A stretch of 64,000 nucleotides of DNA, from IMG/VR virus record IMGVR_UViG_3300021387_000688; one strand, given 5' to 3'. The notes beneath the pieces are model-generated. The model was given only the letters and a program-made list of their open reading frames with translations, searched no databases and was not told the DNA's origin. Positions within the stretch are counted from its first letter, which is position 1; each line of letters starts with the position of its first letter. Positions 9,256 to 18,356 of this stretch are shown here, one piece after another. A program made the position numbers and the translations under genes. This stretch comes from a virus (taxonomy: Duplodnaviria; Caudoviricetes).

Positions 9256-9262
9256 ATTTAGT
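9256..9262 (-). promoter_or_regulatory. Late-type promoter ACTAAAT for tRNA-like RNA
   Basis: ACTAAAT ends 6 nt before the 5' G at 9249. Confidence 0.6.
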
Positions 9263-10302
9263 TACAGTACTTGGGTACCATCGGCCTTTTTAACAACAAC
9301 TACTTTTCTTGCAATTGTTTTTGAACCACATGTATCTACCTTATCATCTTTTACATGGATGAAAGATTTTTCCAATACTTCTTTTTTATCTGTAGAAGAT
9401 TTCAAATAAAGGATTTCATCTACAACACCTTTTCTACAATAGTAATAATTTCTAGAACCGCCTTTAGGATAAACAACAATGTCTCCTACATCAATTTCTA
9501 CACCATACTGATCCTGTAATTTGTAAGATTGTACAACTTTAGAAACTGGCTTTCTGGGTTTAGATTTTATTTCTTTAGAGGCTTCAAGAGAGAAGAGTCC
9601 ATCCAAAGAATCAATTCCCATACCTTGAGCGAATTCATCGAGCTGTGCATACTTAGAAGGGTCCTCTATAAATACTTTAATAGCTAAGCGTACCCCTTTA
9701 TAATATTTTTCAGGTTCTTCTATCATAGAAGGGGATATATGCCAAGAATCTACTCCATTGCATTCCCAGAAGTCTTTCTTTAATTCCCTACCACCAGTTT
9801 CTCCATATTCACTAGCATGTTTTTCAAGCCAATCCCATTTATAGTGGAATGTATCGTAACTATAAGTGCAGCCTATAAAAGATTTTTCTTTTTCATCGGA
9901 AATTTCTTTAATCTTTTTCAAGAAAGCTTCTACTAAGAAAGCTTGCCAAGATATCAATAGAGGTCCTTTGAGTGGCCCCTTAGATCCGTCTACTTCATTA
10001 TTCTCTCCAAAAGGTGTATATTTTTCTTTCTTTGCCAGATTTATGAAATCTGTTTTTTCTTCAAGAAGTTTCCACCAACCGTTGTATGCTGTAGGAATTT
10101 TATCAAGAGGGATGTAATGGTAATTTGGTTCTTCTTGCGGCTCATCCCACTGTCTCAAATTTTCTTTTAATTCTATTCCCCACATTTTAGGAAACATGTT
10201 GAATACATATTCTTTGTAAGATGATCCGGCTTGCTTTTCAGTACAATAATCTATAACCTTGGTACCAACATCTGAAATCCATCCAAGTACTTCACAACTC
10301 AT
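9262..10302 (-). CDS. Hypothetical protein, C-terminal SH3/KOW-like segment
   Basis: 346 aa ORF, SD GGAGG; DQYGVEIDVGDIVVY. Confidence 0.65.
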   Translation of the reverse strand: MSCEVLGWISDVGTKVIDYCTEKQAGSSYKEYVFNMFPKMWGIELKENLRQWDEPQEEPNYHYIPLDKIPTAYNGWWKLLEEKTDFINLAKKEKYTPFGENNEVDGSKGPLKGPLLISWQAFLVEAFLKKIKEISDEKEKSFIGCTYSYDTFHYKWDWLEKHASEYGETGGRELKKDFWECNGVDSWHISPSMIEEPEKYYKGVRLAIKVFIEDPSKYAQLDEFAQGMGIDSLDGLFSLEASKEIKSKPRKPVSKVVQSYKLQDQYGVEIDVGDIVVYPKGGSRNYYYCRKGVVDEILYLKSSTDKKEVLEKSFIHVKDDKVDTCGSKTIARKVVVVKKADGTQVL

Positions 10303-10303
10303 T

Positions 10304-10522
10304 TTATTCCTCCACTTCTATAACAACTGGTTTGTTTGGGAAAACCTTATTAAATCTTTCGCGAATAAAATTCGCTTTAGTTTCATCTAAAACCGAGGCA
10401 ATGGATTTATCACTTACAAAATAAGAATCCATAAAAGAATCAGTAATGGCAGAATTTTCTACCCATTCTCTTTCTTTGAAATAGAATCCAGATTCTTTAT
10501 CTTTTATATAATATTTCTTCAT
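10304..10522 (-). CDS. Hypothetical protein (leaderless)
   Basis: 72 aa; TATATT 6 nt before ATG. Confidence 0.65.
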   Translation of the reverse strand: MKKYYIKDKESGFYFKEREWVENSAITDSFMDSYFVSDKSIASVLDETKANFIRERFNKVFPNKPVVIEVEE

Positions 10523-10542
10523 ATTAACAATATAGATTTTGC

Positions 10543-11310
10543 TTAAGCAGCTGCTTCTTCAAATGCTTTAATAGCATCTCCAAGTCCTGTATCCCCTCTC
10601 CACATATCATCCATGTCTCTACGGGTACCTGTATCTACAATTTTGATAAGGTTATTATGAATTGCTTTCTTAGAGAAACGAACAAACTTGTAAGTATCTG
10701 TAGTGAAGTCATCAATTACGGCCATTACTTCATCTGTAGTTTCTTTAATCATTCCCTGATAGATTCCATAAGACTGCTGGGCAAGTCCCCAAAGAGACTG
10801 GTGAGCGTAAACAATATCATGAGAGTTTGGACTGTAAAACCAAACTGGATCTGAATCGTCTTTGCCGAATTTTTCTTCTGCTTCTTTGCAAAGCTTGCTG
10901 TAGTAATCTTTATCTGAAATATCTACTTCATGAATAGTATTGTCAAGTCCAAGGTGAGTAATATTGATACAGTTGTTACCTGTGGTCCAAACTTCTGAAC
11001 CATCGTCAAGAGTGAGGCGGATAGAAGGATTAAGATGGATTGTTTTTCCTGTGAGAGCATCATTGAAAGTAGTTCCAAAGTTGTTGATGCCGCACCATTT
11101 TACAGTACCTTCAGTACCGATTGGATTTTTGCGACCTTTAATGATTCTTAAACGGTCCCCTTTCTGAACTCCTGAATGATGTCTTTCCGAGCGTTCAAGC
11201 CTGTCAGTATAAATAGATACTGGATTGATTTCTGAAAAATTAACAACTCCATATGGAGTGCGTATATCCTGTGAAAGTTTTGTGAAAACGAAATAATCCT
11301 TATTTGACAT
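10543..11310 (-). CDS. Hypothetical early protein with SH3-like IIKGRKNPIGTEG domain
   Basis: 255 aa; early promoter and GAGGTACAA leader upstream. Confidence 0.7.
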   Translation of the reverse strand: MSNKDYFVFTKLSQDIRTPYGVVNFSEINPVSIYTDRLERSERHHSGVQKGDRLRIIKGRKNPIGTEGTVKWCGINNFGTTFNDALTGKTIHLNPSIRLTLDDGSEVWTTGNNCINITHLGLDNTIHEVDISDKDYYSKLCKEAEEKFGKDDSDPVWFYSPNSHDIVYAHQSLWGLAQQSYGIYQGMIKETTDEVMAVIDDFTTDTYKFVRFSKKAIHNNLIKIVDTGTRRDMDDMWRGDTGLGDAIKAFEEAAA

Positions 11311-11350
11311 GCTTTGTACCTCTCGTCAATTTAAGTTATAATTTACGTTA

Positions 11351-11370
11351 ATAATATAGCGGCTCTCCGG
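11351..11370 (-). promoter_or_regulatory. Early-type promoter CCGG-N6-GCTATATTAT
   Basis: Same motif recurs at 16555, 18743, 30785, 54192, 56198 upstream of minus-strand genes. Confidence 0.65.
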
Positions 11371-11391
11371 AATCCAAGTTTCTGAAAAAGA

Positions 11392-11398
11392 ACTAAAT
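11392..11398 (+). promoter_or_regulatory. Late-type promoter ACTAAAT
   Basis: Recurs at 3631, 14107, 31969 (+) and 9256, 43118 (-); resembles T4 late consensus TATAAATA. Confidence 0.6.
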
Positions 11399-11403
11399 TA
11401 AGT

Positions 11404-12471
11404 ATGGAATTAAAAAAATTTTTAGAAGAATATAACCCTCAATTAGAAAACAATTTTTTATCAAATGAAGAAAGATTGAGATTAATAAAAATATACGATT
11501 CTTTAGAAGATAAGCCAGAAACTTTTGATGATTGGTTACTAGAACACACTCCCCCTGAAACTATTGATTATGTGTTTCCTTATGTAGATTATTCTGATCC
11601 TATTTGGAGGAAAAAGTTTTTTAAAGTCGCAGAAAACTTCGATAGTTACTTAATGACTGATAAAAGATTTGATGGGGACAAAACGTTATTGAGGTGCATA
11701 TTTAAAGGAATAGAACTTTACATGCCCTGGATTGGAATAATACATTTTATAATAAGTGAACCTTCTCAAATACCTGAATGGTTAGATCAAGATAAAATAC
11801 ATGTAGTCTATCATAAAGATTTCATTCCTAATTGTTTTTTACCTACTTTCAATAGTTGCACCATTGAAATATTTTTGCACAGGGTAATAGGTTTATCAGA
11901 AAAATTTATTTACGGGAACGATGATTTTTATCCAATAGGCCCTATGGATTCTTCAGATTTTTTTAAAAAAGATAAACCAGTTACAGAGTTGAATTATCAA
12001 TATTGGAAGTATGCGTTTCATTCTACTGAAAATTTAAAAATGGCAGAACAATGTACTAAAATTCTTAAAGACGGTGTCAGGGGTACAAAACACTTTGTAC
12101 CCCATATTCCCCTAAGTTTTCTTAAATCTTTATATAAATCTATTTATAAAGAATTTGAAAATTTTATCATCTATACAATAAGTCCTTTTAGAAAACTGGA
12201 TAACGCCAGTGTTTATTTTTATTATTACGTAATGTTTTTAAGAAACGAATATGAAGAATCTCTAAGAGGGCCTAGGTATAGGGTATGGACCGGGGACGAA
12301 AAGAGCCCCAAAGATTTGATAGAGATGTTAGATATTTTAGATAAAAAAACTGTAATAAAAAATTATTGGCAAATACTGGTAATAAATAGTTTACAAAACC
12401 TTCATAAAACATTGTTTTTATCTAAATTGTTAAATTATTATAATTTTATATCTAAATTCGAAAAGAGGTAA
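11404..12471 (+). CDS. Stealth-family hexose-1-phosphate transferase
   Basis: CR1 IDYVFPYVDYSDPIW; CR2 LRCIF..YMPWI..PEWL..HKDFIP..LPTFNSCTIE..GLSEKFIYGNDD. Confidence 0.9.
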   Translation: MELKKFLEEYNPQLENNFLSNEERLRLIKIYDSLEDKPETFDDWLLEHTPPETIDYVFPYVDYSDPIWRKKFFKVAENFDSYLMTDKRFDGDKTLLRCIFKGIELYMPWIGIIHFIISEPSQIPEWLDQDKIHVVYHKDFIPNCFLPTFNSCTIEIFLHRVIGLSEKFIYGNDDFYPIGPMDSSDFFKKDKPVTELNYQYWKYAFHSTENLKMAEQCTKILKDGVRGTKHFVPHIPLSFLKSLYKSIYKEFENFIIYTISPFRKLDNASVYFYYYVMFLRNEYEESLRGPRYRVWTGDEKSPKDLIEMLDILDKKTVIKNYWQILVINSLQNLHKTLFLSKLLNYYNFISKFEKR

Positions 12472-12474
12472 ATT

Positions 12475-13299
12475 GTGGAAAAAGTCGCTATTATTGTACC
12501 TGCTTACAATGCAGGCAAGTTTATAAAAGATTTATTAAACGATTTATTAAACCAGACTTACGAAAATTGGAATTGTTATATAATTGATGATGGTTCTACA
12601 GATGATACTAAATCCCAAATCTCTGAATACTTAAAAGATACTAGATTTAGGTATTTTTATCAAGAGAATGCAGGCCCAGGAGCAGCTCGTAATAAAGGTT
12701 TAGATAAAATGGGAGAAGAGGAATATATATACATGCCTGACTCTGACGACCGAATAGACTGTCACCTATTAGAAGATTGTGTGCACTACTTGAACGAAGT
12801 ACCCATAGTAGATGTGGTAAGATTTCAAACATTAGAAAAATCTACTCATGGTAAAATAATACCTCAAACAAGGCTTACTGACGTTCCTAAGATAATTAAA
12901 GGATTTGAAGAAAAGGATAATTACCCTTTTCTATGGGGGTGCTGGTCTTATATGTTAAGAAGTAAAGTTGTTAAAGAACACCATTTAAGATTTAATACTT
13001 CTTTAAGAAATTACGAAGATCTTTTATTTTCTTTGGATTTATTATACATTAATCCTTATATTTTAATGGTACCCGATTTTTACTATATTTGGTGTCATAA
13101 AAATGAATCCTCTTTAACAGCTTGCCACTACATCAAAGGTATTTTTACCATAGCATCTCAATGCTGTGAAACAGCCGTAATACCTTGGTTGAAAGAACAC
13201 AGGGATTTTATTTTCAAAAAACATTTACTCAAATTCATAAACCATCAATTAGAGTCCGCTGATATAAAGGCATCCTACCTAATATATTTTTCAGATTAA
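12475..13299 (+). CDS. GT2 family glycosyltransferase
   Basis: IIVPAYN, IDDGSTD, NAGPGAARNKGL, DSDD, ED motif; GTG start. Confidence 0.92.
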   Translation: MEKVAIIVPAYNAGKFIKDLLNDLLNQTYENWNCYIIDDGSTDDTKSQISEYLKDTRFRYFYQENAGPGAARNKGLDKMGEEEYIYMPDSDDRIDCHLLEDCVHYLNEVPIVDVVRFQTLEKSTHGKIIPQTRLTDVPKIIKGFEEKDNYPFLWGCWSYMLRSKVVKEHHLRFNTSLRNYEDLLFSLDLLYINPYILMVPDFYYIWCHKNESSLTACHYIKGIFTIASQCCETAVIPWLKEHRDFIFKKHLLKFINHQLESADIKASYLIYFSD

Positions 13300-13315
13300 T
13301 CTCTATAATTAAATT

Positions 13316-14116
13316 ATGCCTAAAGTAACTATTATTTTACCAATGTACAATTGCGAAAAATATATTTGCAATATGTTAGATTGTTTACAAAAACAAATAT
13401 TCAAAGACTGGTGTTGCATTTTAATAGATGATGGATCTGCTGACAACACTTTTGGAGTTATTGAACCTTATTTGGTAGATGGAAGATTCCATTACATTCA
13501 TAAGGAAAATGGCGGACCATCTACTGCAAGAAATGCAGCTCTTGATTTAGCTTTCAAAGAATATCCTTCCGAGTATATTTATTTCTGCGACGCGGATGAT
13601 TATATTGATCCTAAACTATTAGATGTTTGTGTTAAGAAATTAGATGAAACAAAACTAGACATTGTAGAATTTGGATATAAAACTTTAGACCCTAATGGTA
13701 AAGTTACTTACGATAATTGCGCAAAGAGAGAACAATTTAGTAAATCTGTTTTTACATTATGGTGCGTTTGGAGATGTCTAATAAGAAGTTCTTTAATCAG
13801 AGATAACAATATAAGATTTGATGAAAGGTTAAAATGGGGGGAGGATTCTTTGTTTATGAGAACCTGTGCCTATTATGCAAAAGATAATTGGCATGTAGAA
13901 ATTCCTTATTACTTTTATTACTACAAATGTCAAAACCCAGATTCTTTAATAGTTGATAGTTATAAACATAATAGGAAAGTAAAGAAACTTTACATTAAGT
14001 GTTATGAAGATTTTATAAAATCTCATCCTTGGAATCCAGTTATTGGAGAAATGATTGAACATATCAATTGGCATAAGAAAAATAGAAAACCTCAAAAACC
14101 TCCTCAACTAAATTAA
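13316..14116 (+). CDS. GT2 family glycosyltransferase
   Basis: IILPMYN, IDDGSAD, NGGPSTARNAAL, DADD, GED. Confidence 0.92.
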   Translation: MPKVTIILPMYNCEKYICNMLDCLQKQIFKDWCCILIDDGSADNTFGVIEPYLVDGRFHYIHKENGGPSTARNAALDLAFKEYPSEYIYFCDADDYIDPKLLDVCVKKLDETKLDIVEFGYKTLDPNGKVTYDNCAKREQFSKSVFTLWCVWRCLIRSSLIRDNNIRFDERLKWGEDSLFMRTCAYYAKDNWHVEIPYYFYYYKCQNPDSLIVDSYKHNRKVKKLYIKCYEDFIKSHPWNPVIGEMIEHINWHKKNRKPQKPPQLN

Positions 14117-14119
14117 AAT

Positions 14120-14584
14120 ATGAAAACATTTTTGAAAAACTTTTTAATCTTTTGTATAGGCTTTACAGTATATCAAACCTGTGAAGGTATTTGGAAAACT
14201 TTTATTAGTCCAGGTGCAGCAGAATCTTTTATGATGGGGTTGGTAGGAGGAACTGTAACTATTTGTATAGGTTTGTTAAATGAAAAAACTTTCAAATGGG
14301 AATGGCCGATTTGGATTCAAGTTTTAATTGGAACTTTTTATGCTTTAGTATTAGAATTGCTAACAGGTTTGATTCTAAATAAATGGTTGTGTCCTATGCT
14401 GCATAAACCTTTGGTTTGGGATTATTCTGATTTGCCATTAAACTTTTATGGATTACTTTGCCCTCAGTTTATACCGGCTTGGATTTTATTAGTAATAGCT
14501 TGCATTACTGTAGATGATTATATAAGGTATAAAGTGTATGGGGAAGAAAAACCCCATTACACTTGGTGGTGGAAAAAGAAATAA
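14120..14584 (+). CDS. Membrane protein, putative ABC-transporter type IV permease/CmpB-like family
   Basis: Four hydrophobic segments; ELLTGLILN..VWDYSDLPLNFYGLLCPQF. Confidence 0.75.
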   Translation: MKTFLKNFLIFCIGFTVYQTCEGIWKTFISPGAAESFMMGLVGGTVTICIGLLNEKTFKWEWPIWIQVLIGTFYALVLELLTGLILNKWLCPMLHKPLVWDYSDLPLNFYGLLCPQFIPAWILLVIACITVDDYIRYKVYGEEKPHYTWWWKKK

Positions 14585-14887
14585 CTATTCTTCTACTTCT
14601 TCCCTTTTAATAGAGAATTCAAAATCGGCTGGAAATTTTTCTTTACAATTCCAGTCGGTTACCATTCCTTCTCTTTCAAGTCTCTTTTTAAGAATTATTC
14701 TAGATTCTTGACCGATTGTTTTTGAACAATTCTTGAAATACATTTTCATATGTTCTTCTTCCCAAGGGATATTGAATTCAACCCAATCAATGGCTTTAAT
14801 TAATCCTTCTTCAGTATCTGCAAATATTTTTGTTTCTTCACTTCCACTTTGCCAATCATCTGAATAATGTGCTACCAAAACGTCCAT
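14585..14887 (-). CDS. Hypothetical protein
   Basis: ATG at 14887 preceded by AGGGG SD. Confidence 0.6.
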   Translation of the reverse strand: MDVLVAHYSDDWQSGSEETKIFADTEEGLIKAIDWVEFNIPWEEEHMKMYFKNCSKTIGQESRIILKKRLEREGMVTDWNCKEKFPADFEFSIKREEVEE

Positions 14888-14898
14888 TCTAATCCCCC

Positions 14899-15213
14899 TT
14901 AAATCAAATCTGTCCAATTGCACCCATATTTTGCTTTAAACTTTTCTGACATTTCAGTAATATGGGAATCTGAATATTGTTCAGAATCTGCAAGATTCTT
15001 TATTTCTAAAGCTTCATTAAAAATTACAGCCAAACGTTTTGCGGCTTCAGATATGTTAAACTGATTGGGCTCTATGTCTTTAAGGTCCCCTAAAGTCTTA
15101 TTATGACATCCGTAAAGCTCCATAAAGTTTTTACGCTTTGCTGCCAATCTCATTTCCGGAGTTATTTCATTAGTATGAAACATTCTTTTAGCAGTTTCAG
15201 TATGAATATCCAT
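14899..15213 (-). CDS. Small protein beginning with a family A DNA polymerase motif B (O-helix) segment
   Basis: DIHTETAKRMF...RLAAKRKNFMELYG; no motif A or C. Confidence 0.7.
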   Translation of the reverse strand: MDIHTETAKRMFHTNEITPEMRLAAKRKNFMELYGCHNKTLGDLKDIEPNQFNISEAAKRLAVIFNEALEIKNLADSEQYSDSHITEMSEKFKAKYGCNWTDLI

Positions 15214-15219
15214 TTAATA

Positions 15220-15570
15220 TTACCCCCACATTTCTTCTATTGATATAACCCTTAAAAGATTTTCAACAGTATTCTTAACCAATTTGGAATCGTATTCTAT
15301 TCCAAAAGAGAAAGCATGTTTATAATATCTAATACGGGTTGTATTTTTCAAAAGAGATTCTATTAATTTTAAAGGTTGCTTATCGAGATTTTCTTGAATA
15401 ATAGTTTCTCCAAAATCTTCTGCAGAAACCTTTGTATATACTTTAAGACGATTGCCATCGGAATTAATTACATCCAAAAACATTGAACCATCTTTTGCAA
15501 ATTCTTTTACTGCAATGGACATACTAGTTTTTTCAAAAAATACACTTCCGTAATTAATTACTGAAAACAT
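15220..15570 (-). CDS. Hypothetical protein
   Basis: 116 aa, SD AGGAGG. Confidence 0.7.
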   Translation of the reverse strand: MFSVINYGSVFFEKTSMSIAVKEFAKDGSMFLDVINSDGNRLKVYTKVSAEDFGETIIQENLDKQPLKLIESLLKNTTRIRYYKHAFSFGIEYDSKLVKNTVENLLRVISIEEMWG

Positions 15571-15598
15571 GCAACCTCCTAAAGTATTCTTTCATTCA

Positions 15599-16081
15599 TC
15601 AATATCCATAGAATTCAATTTTATAATTATGTCGATTTCTTGTACCGTCTTGGAATTCTTCAAAAGAACAAGTTAAGGCAACGTACCTAACATCGTAATC
15701 TTCTTCACATTCATGAATTTCTATACCAAGATCGTATTCGTTTACATCATAAGTTTGTTTAGCATAAGCAATTAATTTATTTACGGCATCTAAAACTGCA
15801 GGGAGGTTATTGGAAACTTTAATCTTGGTCAATGTCTCTCCGCCACTACAGGTCATGGGGTTATCCTCATCTTGCTTTTTGACAAAAGATAATTGCCTTC
15901 TGAAAGTTCTACTTACTGCTTCAAAATCTGCATCGCCCTGAGGTAACATACCTTCTGCATGTCGGTCACACCAAGACTTTACAAACTCTTCCTTCTCTGC
16001 ATCTGTATAGCAGGTAGTAAGATAATCGTCGTGATCCAAACCACAAAATTCTTCATCATGATAAATATCCCAAACAGCCAT
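15599..16081 (-). CDS. Hypothetical acidic protein
   Basis: 160 aa, SD AGGAGG. Confidence 0.7.
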   Translation of the reverse strand: MAVWDIYHDEEFCGLDHDDYLTTCYTDAEKEEFVKSWCDRHAEGMLPQGDADFEAVSRTFRRQLSFVKKQDEDNPMTCSGGETLTKIKVSNNLPAVLDAVNKLIAYAKQTYDVNEYDLGIEIHECEEDYDVRYVALTCSFEEFQDGTRNRHNYKIEFYGY

Positions 16082-16091
16082 ATGTTACCTC

Positions 16092-16532
16092 CTACAGTAA
16101 TCTTGGATCTATTCCATCATATTGATGAGCTTCTGTTTTAAGAGCTCGGGCAATACTTTCTATATCCCCGTTCGTTATCAAAGTTCTAGCCTTTTCACGA
16201 TAACGTTCCATTTCGGCTTCTTCCTTAGCACGATTTTCAGCTCGGTAGTGTTCATAAATAGCTTCTTCCAAATCTTTTTTATACTCTCTTTCAAGAGCTT
16301 TGTACTGTTTGATTTCTTCGGATATATTGTAATGCTTTTTTAGATAGGCCTGACTGTAATCTTCGTATCTTCCTTTACCCGTAACATAGGAATAAAGAAT
16401 ATTTTCAATAGTTGGATGTAAGTTCATTGAGTAGATAATTTCTTTGATATTGGCAGCGTTTAATTTAGCATCTTTTGGAAAGCCTCTGTCGGCCTGGTTC
16501 AACTGAGTTTTTGTAGGTTTTACATCGAACAT
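16092..16532 (-). CDS. Hypothetical early protein
   Basis: Start revised to ATG 16532 (SD AGGAG, promoter at 16555-16573). Confidence 0.7.
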   Translation of the reverse strand: MFDVKPTKTQLNQADRGFPKDAKLNAANIKEIIYSMNLHPTIENILYSYVTGKGRYEDYSQAYLKKHYNISEEIKQYKALEREYKKDLEEAIYEHYRAENRAKEEAEMERYREKARTLITNGDIESIARALKTEAHQYDGIDPRLL

Positions 16533-16601
16533 ACTATTATCTCCTATTATGATAATAATATAGCAAATTCCTGGATTCCGGGTTTCCAAAAAGCAAAAGA
16601 A

Positions 16602-16624
16602 AAACTCCAGAATTTCTGGAGTTT
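16602..16624 (-). terminator. Intrinsic terminator
   Basis: AAACTCCAGA-AAT-TCTGGAGTTT followed by T run on minus strand. Confidence 0.75.
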
Positions 16625-16643
16625 AATATTAGAAGATTTTTAA

Positions 16644-17168
16644 TTAATACTCTTCATCTTCATCCTCATAATCATCTTCCTCTTCTGCCCAAGGATCAAA
16701 ATCATCCTCATAATCTTCTTCCTCTTCTTCAGAAGTCTGGATGTAACCATCATAAAGATTCTGTCCACTTTCGGTATCATATACATCGATACGAATCATT
16801 CCTTCATCGTATTCAACTTCTACTTTTGCTTTTCCTGAAGGTACGTCTACAAAAACTCCAAGACCTTCAATATCTGAACGATCTTCTCCGAAATATGCTG
16901 AACCCGTAACACCGATGTTTCCGGCATCAACTCCAAACTCATTTCCTTTTTCATCCGTATAGCTACCATCTCCGTAAGCAGTAGAAACGGTTACGGCTGC
17001 AATAATATCAGTACCTGCAACTACAGGAATAAGCCCATCCTGAAAATCTAATGCATCTCCCCAACATTTTTGATAAGTATCATCGTTCAATGCATAACAA
17101 ATGTCCCCAATAAAAAGTCTAGGACTTTTAATGGTTGCATAGAAAGTTTCGTTTTCGCGTCTTGCCAT
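16644..17168 (-). CDS. Conserved phage hypothetical protein with acidic tail
   Basis: GDICY...TAYGDGSY...GVDAGNIGV pattern; D/E-rich C-terminus; SD AGGAG. Confidence 0.7.
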   Translation of the reverse strand: MARRENETFYATIKSPRLFIGDICYALNDDTYQKCWGDALDFQDGLIPVVAGTDIIAAVTVSTAYGDGSYTDEKGNEFGVDAGNIGVTGSAYFGEDRSDIEGLGVFVDVPSGKAKVEVEYDEGMIRIDVYDTESGQNLYDGYIQTSEEEEEDYEDDFDPWAEEEDDYEDEDEEY

Positions 17169-17220
17169 ATTTAATCTCCTTAATTAAAATAGCTTTTTCA
17201 GATCAACTATTTAAAATCTT

Positions 17221-17514
17221 ATGGACGACTATTTAGGAAACCTCAAACACAAGTTAGAATACCTTATGAAGATGGCAAGTATTTACGGTCTTTATAGAGT
17301 TCCTTTGGATTGGTTTGAAGTCTGCGTTGTATCAAACGAAGGTGAAAAAGGCCCAAAAGATATTATACACGGTTACGGTACAACTTACAAGATGGATGAT
17401 CTTCTAAATATGTACCCCGATGAATTAAATAGAATGCTAACCGCTTGCGCTGTAGTTCTTAAAAAAGATAAACAAGGTTATACATTCATTGCAAAAGAAT
17501 TGTGTAAAAATTAA
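17221..17514 (+). CDS. Hypothetical protein
   Basis: 97 aa; ACTATTT 8 nt upstream. Confidence 0.65.
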   Translation: MDDYLGNLKHKLEYLMKMASIYGLYRVPLDWFEVCVVSNEGEKGPKDIIHGYGTTYKMDDLLNMYPDELNRMLTACAVVLKKDKQGYTFIAKELCKN

Positions 17515-18116
17515 TCCTCCTGCTTCTTTGTATATTTCCACAAATCGATATTTGTTTTATCAAAAGCGGCTTCAATACCTTTATAAGTTTTTGGGTCGTT
17601 TTCTTTGATATAATTCATTACCTTATAAATATCTTTATAAACATTGTCCACGATGTCTTTATTGTAACGGGTTTTAATCAACTCACTTGTAACCATATAC
17701 AAGAAGCTCATAGTGGTAAGTTCATCGTATTCTTTATTTCTGGTAAAGAATTCCTGAATCCGAGAATTGTAATAAATCCAGAAACTGCCAGATATAATTA
17801 ATAGAATTGCTTCTACAGAGTATGTTAAAATGAGTGGAAGGGTAGTAGGACCTTTAAATACGCTGGCATAGATAATAGCAACTCCAATTGTAAGTGCAAT
17901 TAATACGCACATTGCTCCAAAAAGTTTCTGCCATATAGAATTTTTTCTAAAAAGCTTTTCATAGTCTTTCCAGAAAATGGTTTTTTCCTGATACTTATCA
18001 ATATCTTCATATTTCTTATCAAAGTCATCGATGAAGCCTTTGATGTCTTCTTTATTCAAAGAAGCCTTAATAGCTTCAATACATTCTTTTCGAGTTTTTT
18101 TAACATCTATTTCCAT
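17511..18116 (-). CDS. Hypothetical membrane protein (2 TM)
   Basis: Two hydrophobic helices; SD GGAGG. Confidence 0.7.
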   Translation of the reverse strand: MEIDVKKTRKECIEAIKASLNKEDIKGFIDDFDKKYEDIDKYQEKTIFWKDYEKLFRKNSIWQKLFGAMCVLIALTIGVAIIYASVFKGPTTLPLILTYSVEAILLIISGSFWIYYNSRIQEFFTRNKEYDELTTMSFLYMVTSELIKTRYNKDIVDNVYKDIYKVMNYIKENDPKTYKGIEAAFDKTNIDLWKYTKKQED

Positions 18117-18134
18117 AGTTAATTCCTCCCTATA

Positions 18135-18347
18135 TTAGCAACCCATATATCTTACTTGATTGCAATTAAGTATCAACCTATCTGCAACTTCGACTGCACC
18201 AATGCCATTACCTGTAGAGTCTCCTATATGATGCATGTTTACTTCTACTCCAGGCTCTACTACAATTAATTCAATCAACTTTTCATCGGGGATGTTTTCA
18301 ATAAACTTTTTAAGCTCCCCTACATTCTTGACACCGACTATTTCCAT
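18135..18347 (-). CDS. Hypothetical protein
   Basis: 70 aa, SD GAGG. Confidence 0.6.
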   Translation of the reverse strand: MEIVGVKNVGELKKFIENIPDEKLIELIVVEPGVEVNMHHIGDSTGNGIGAVEVADRLILNCNQVRYMGC

Positions 18348-18356
18348 TTTTACCTC

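Noticed and set aside
14585-15570. Split or frameshifted family A DNA polymerase
   Set aside because: Flanking ORFs have no motif A, motif C or exonuclease signatures
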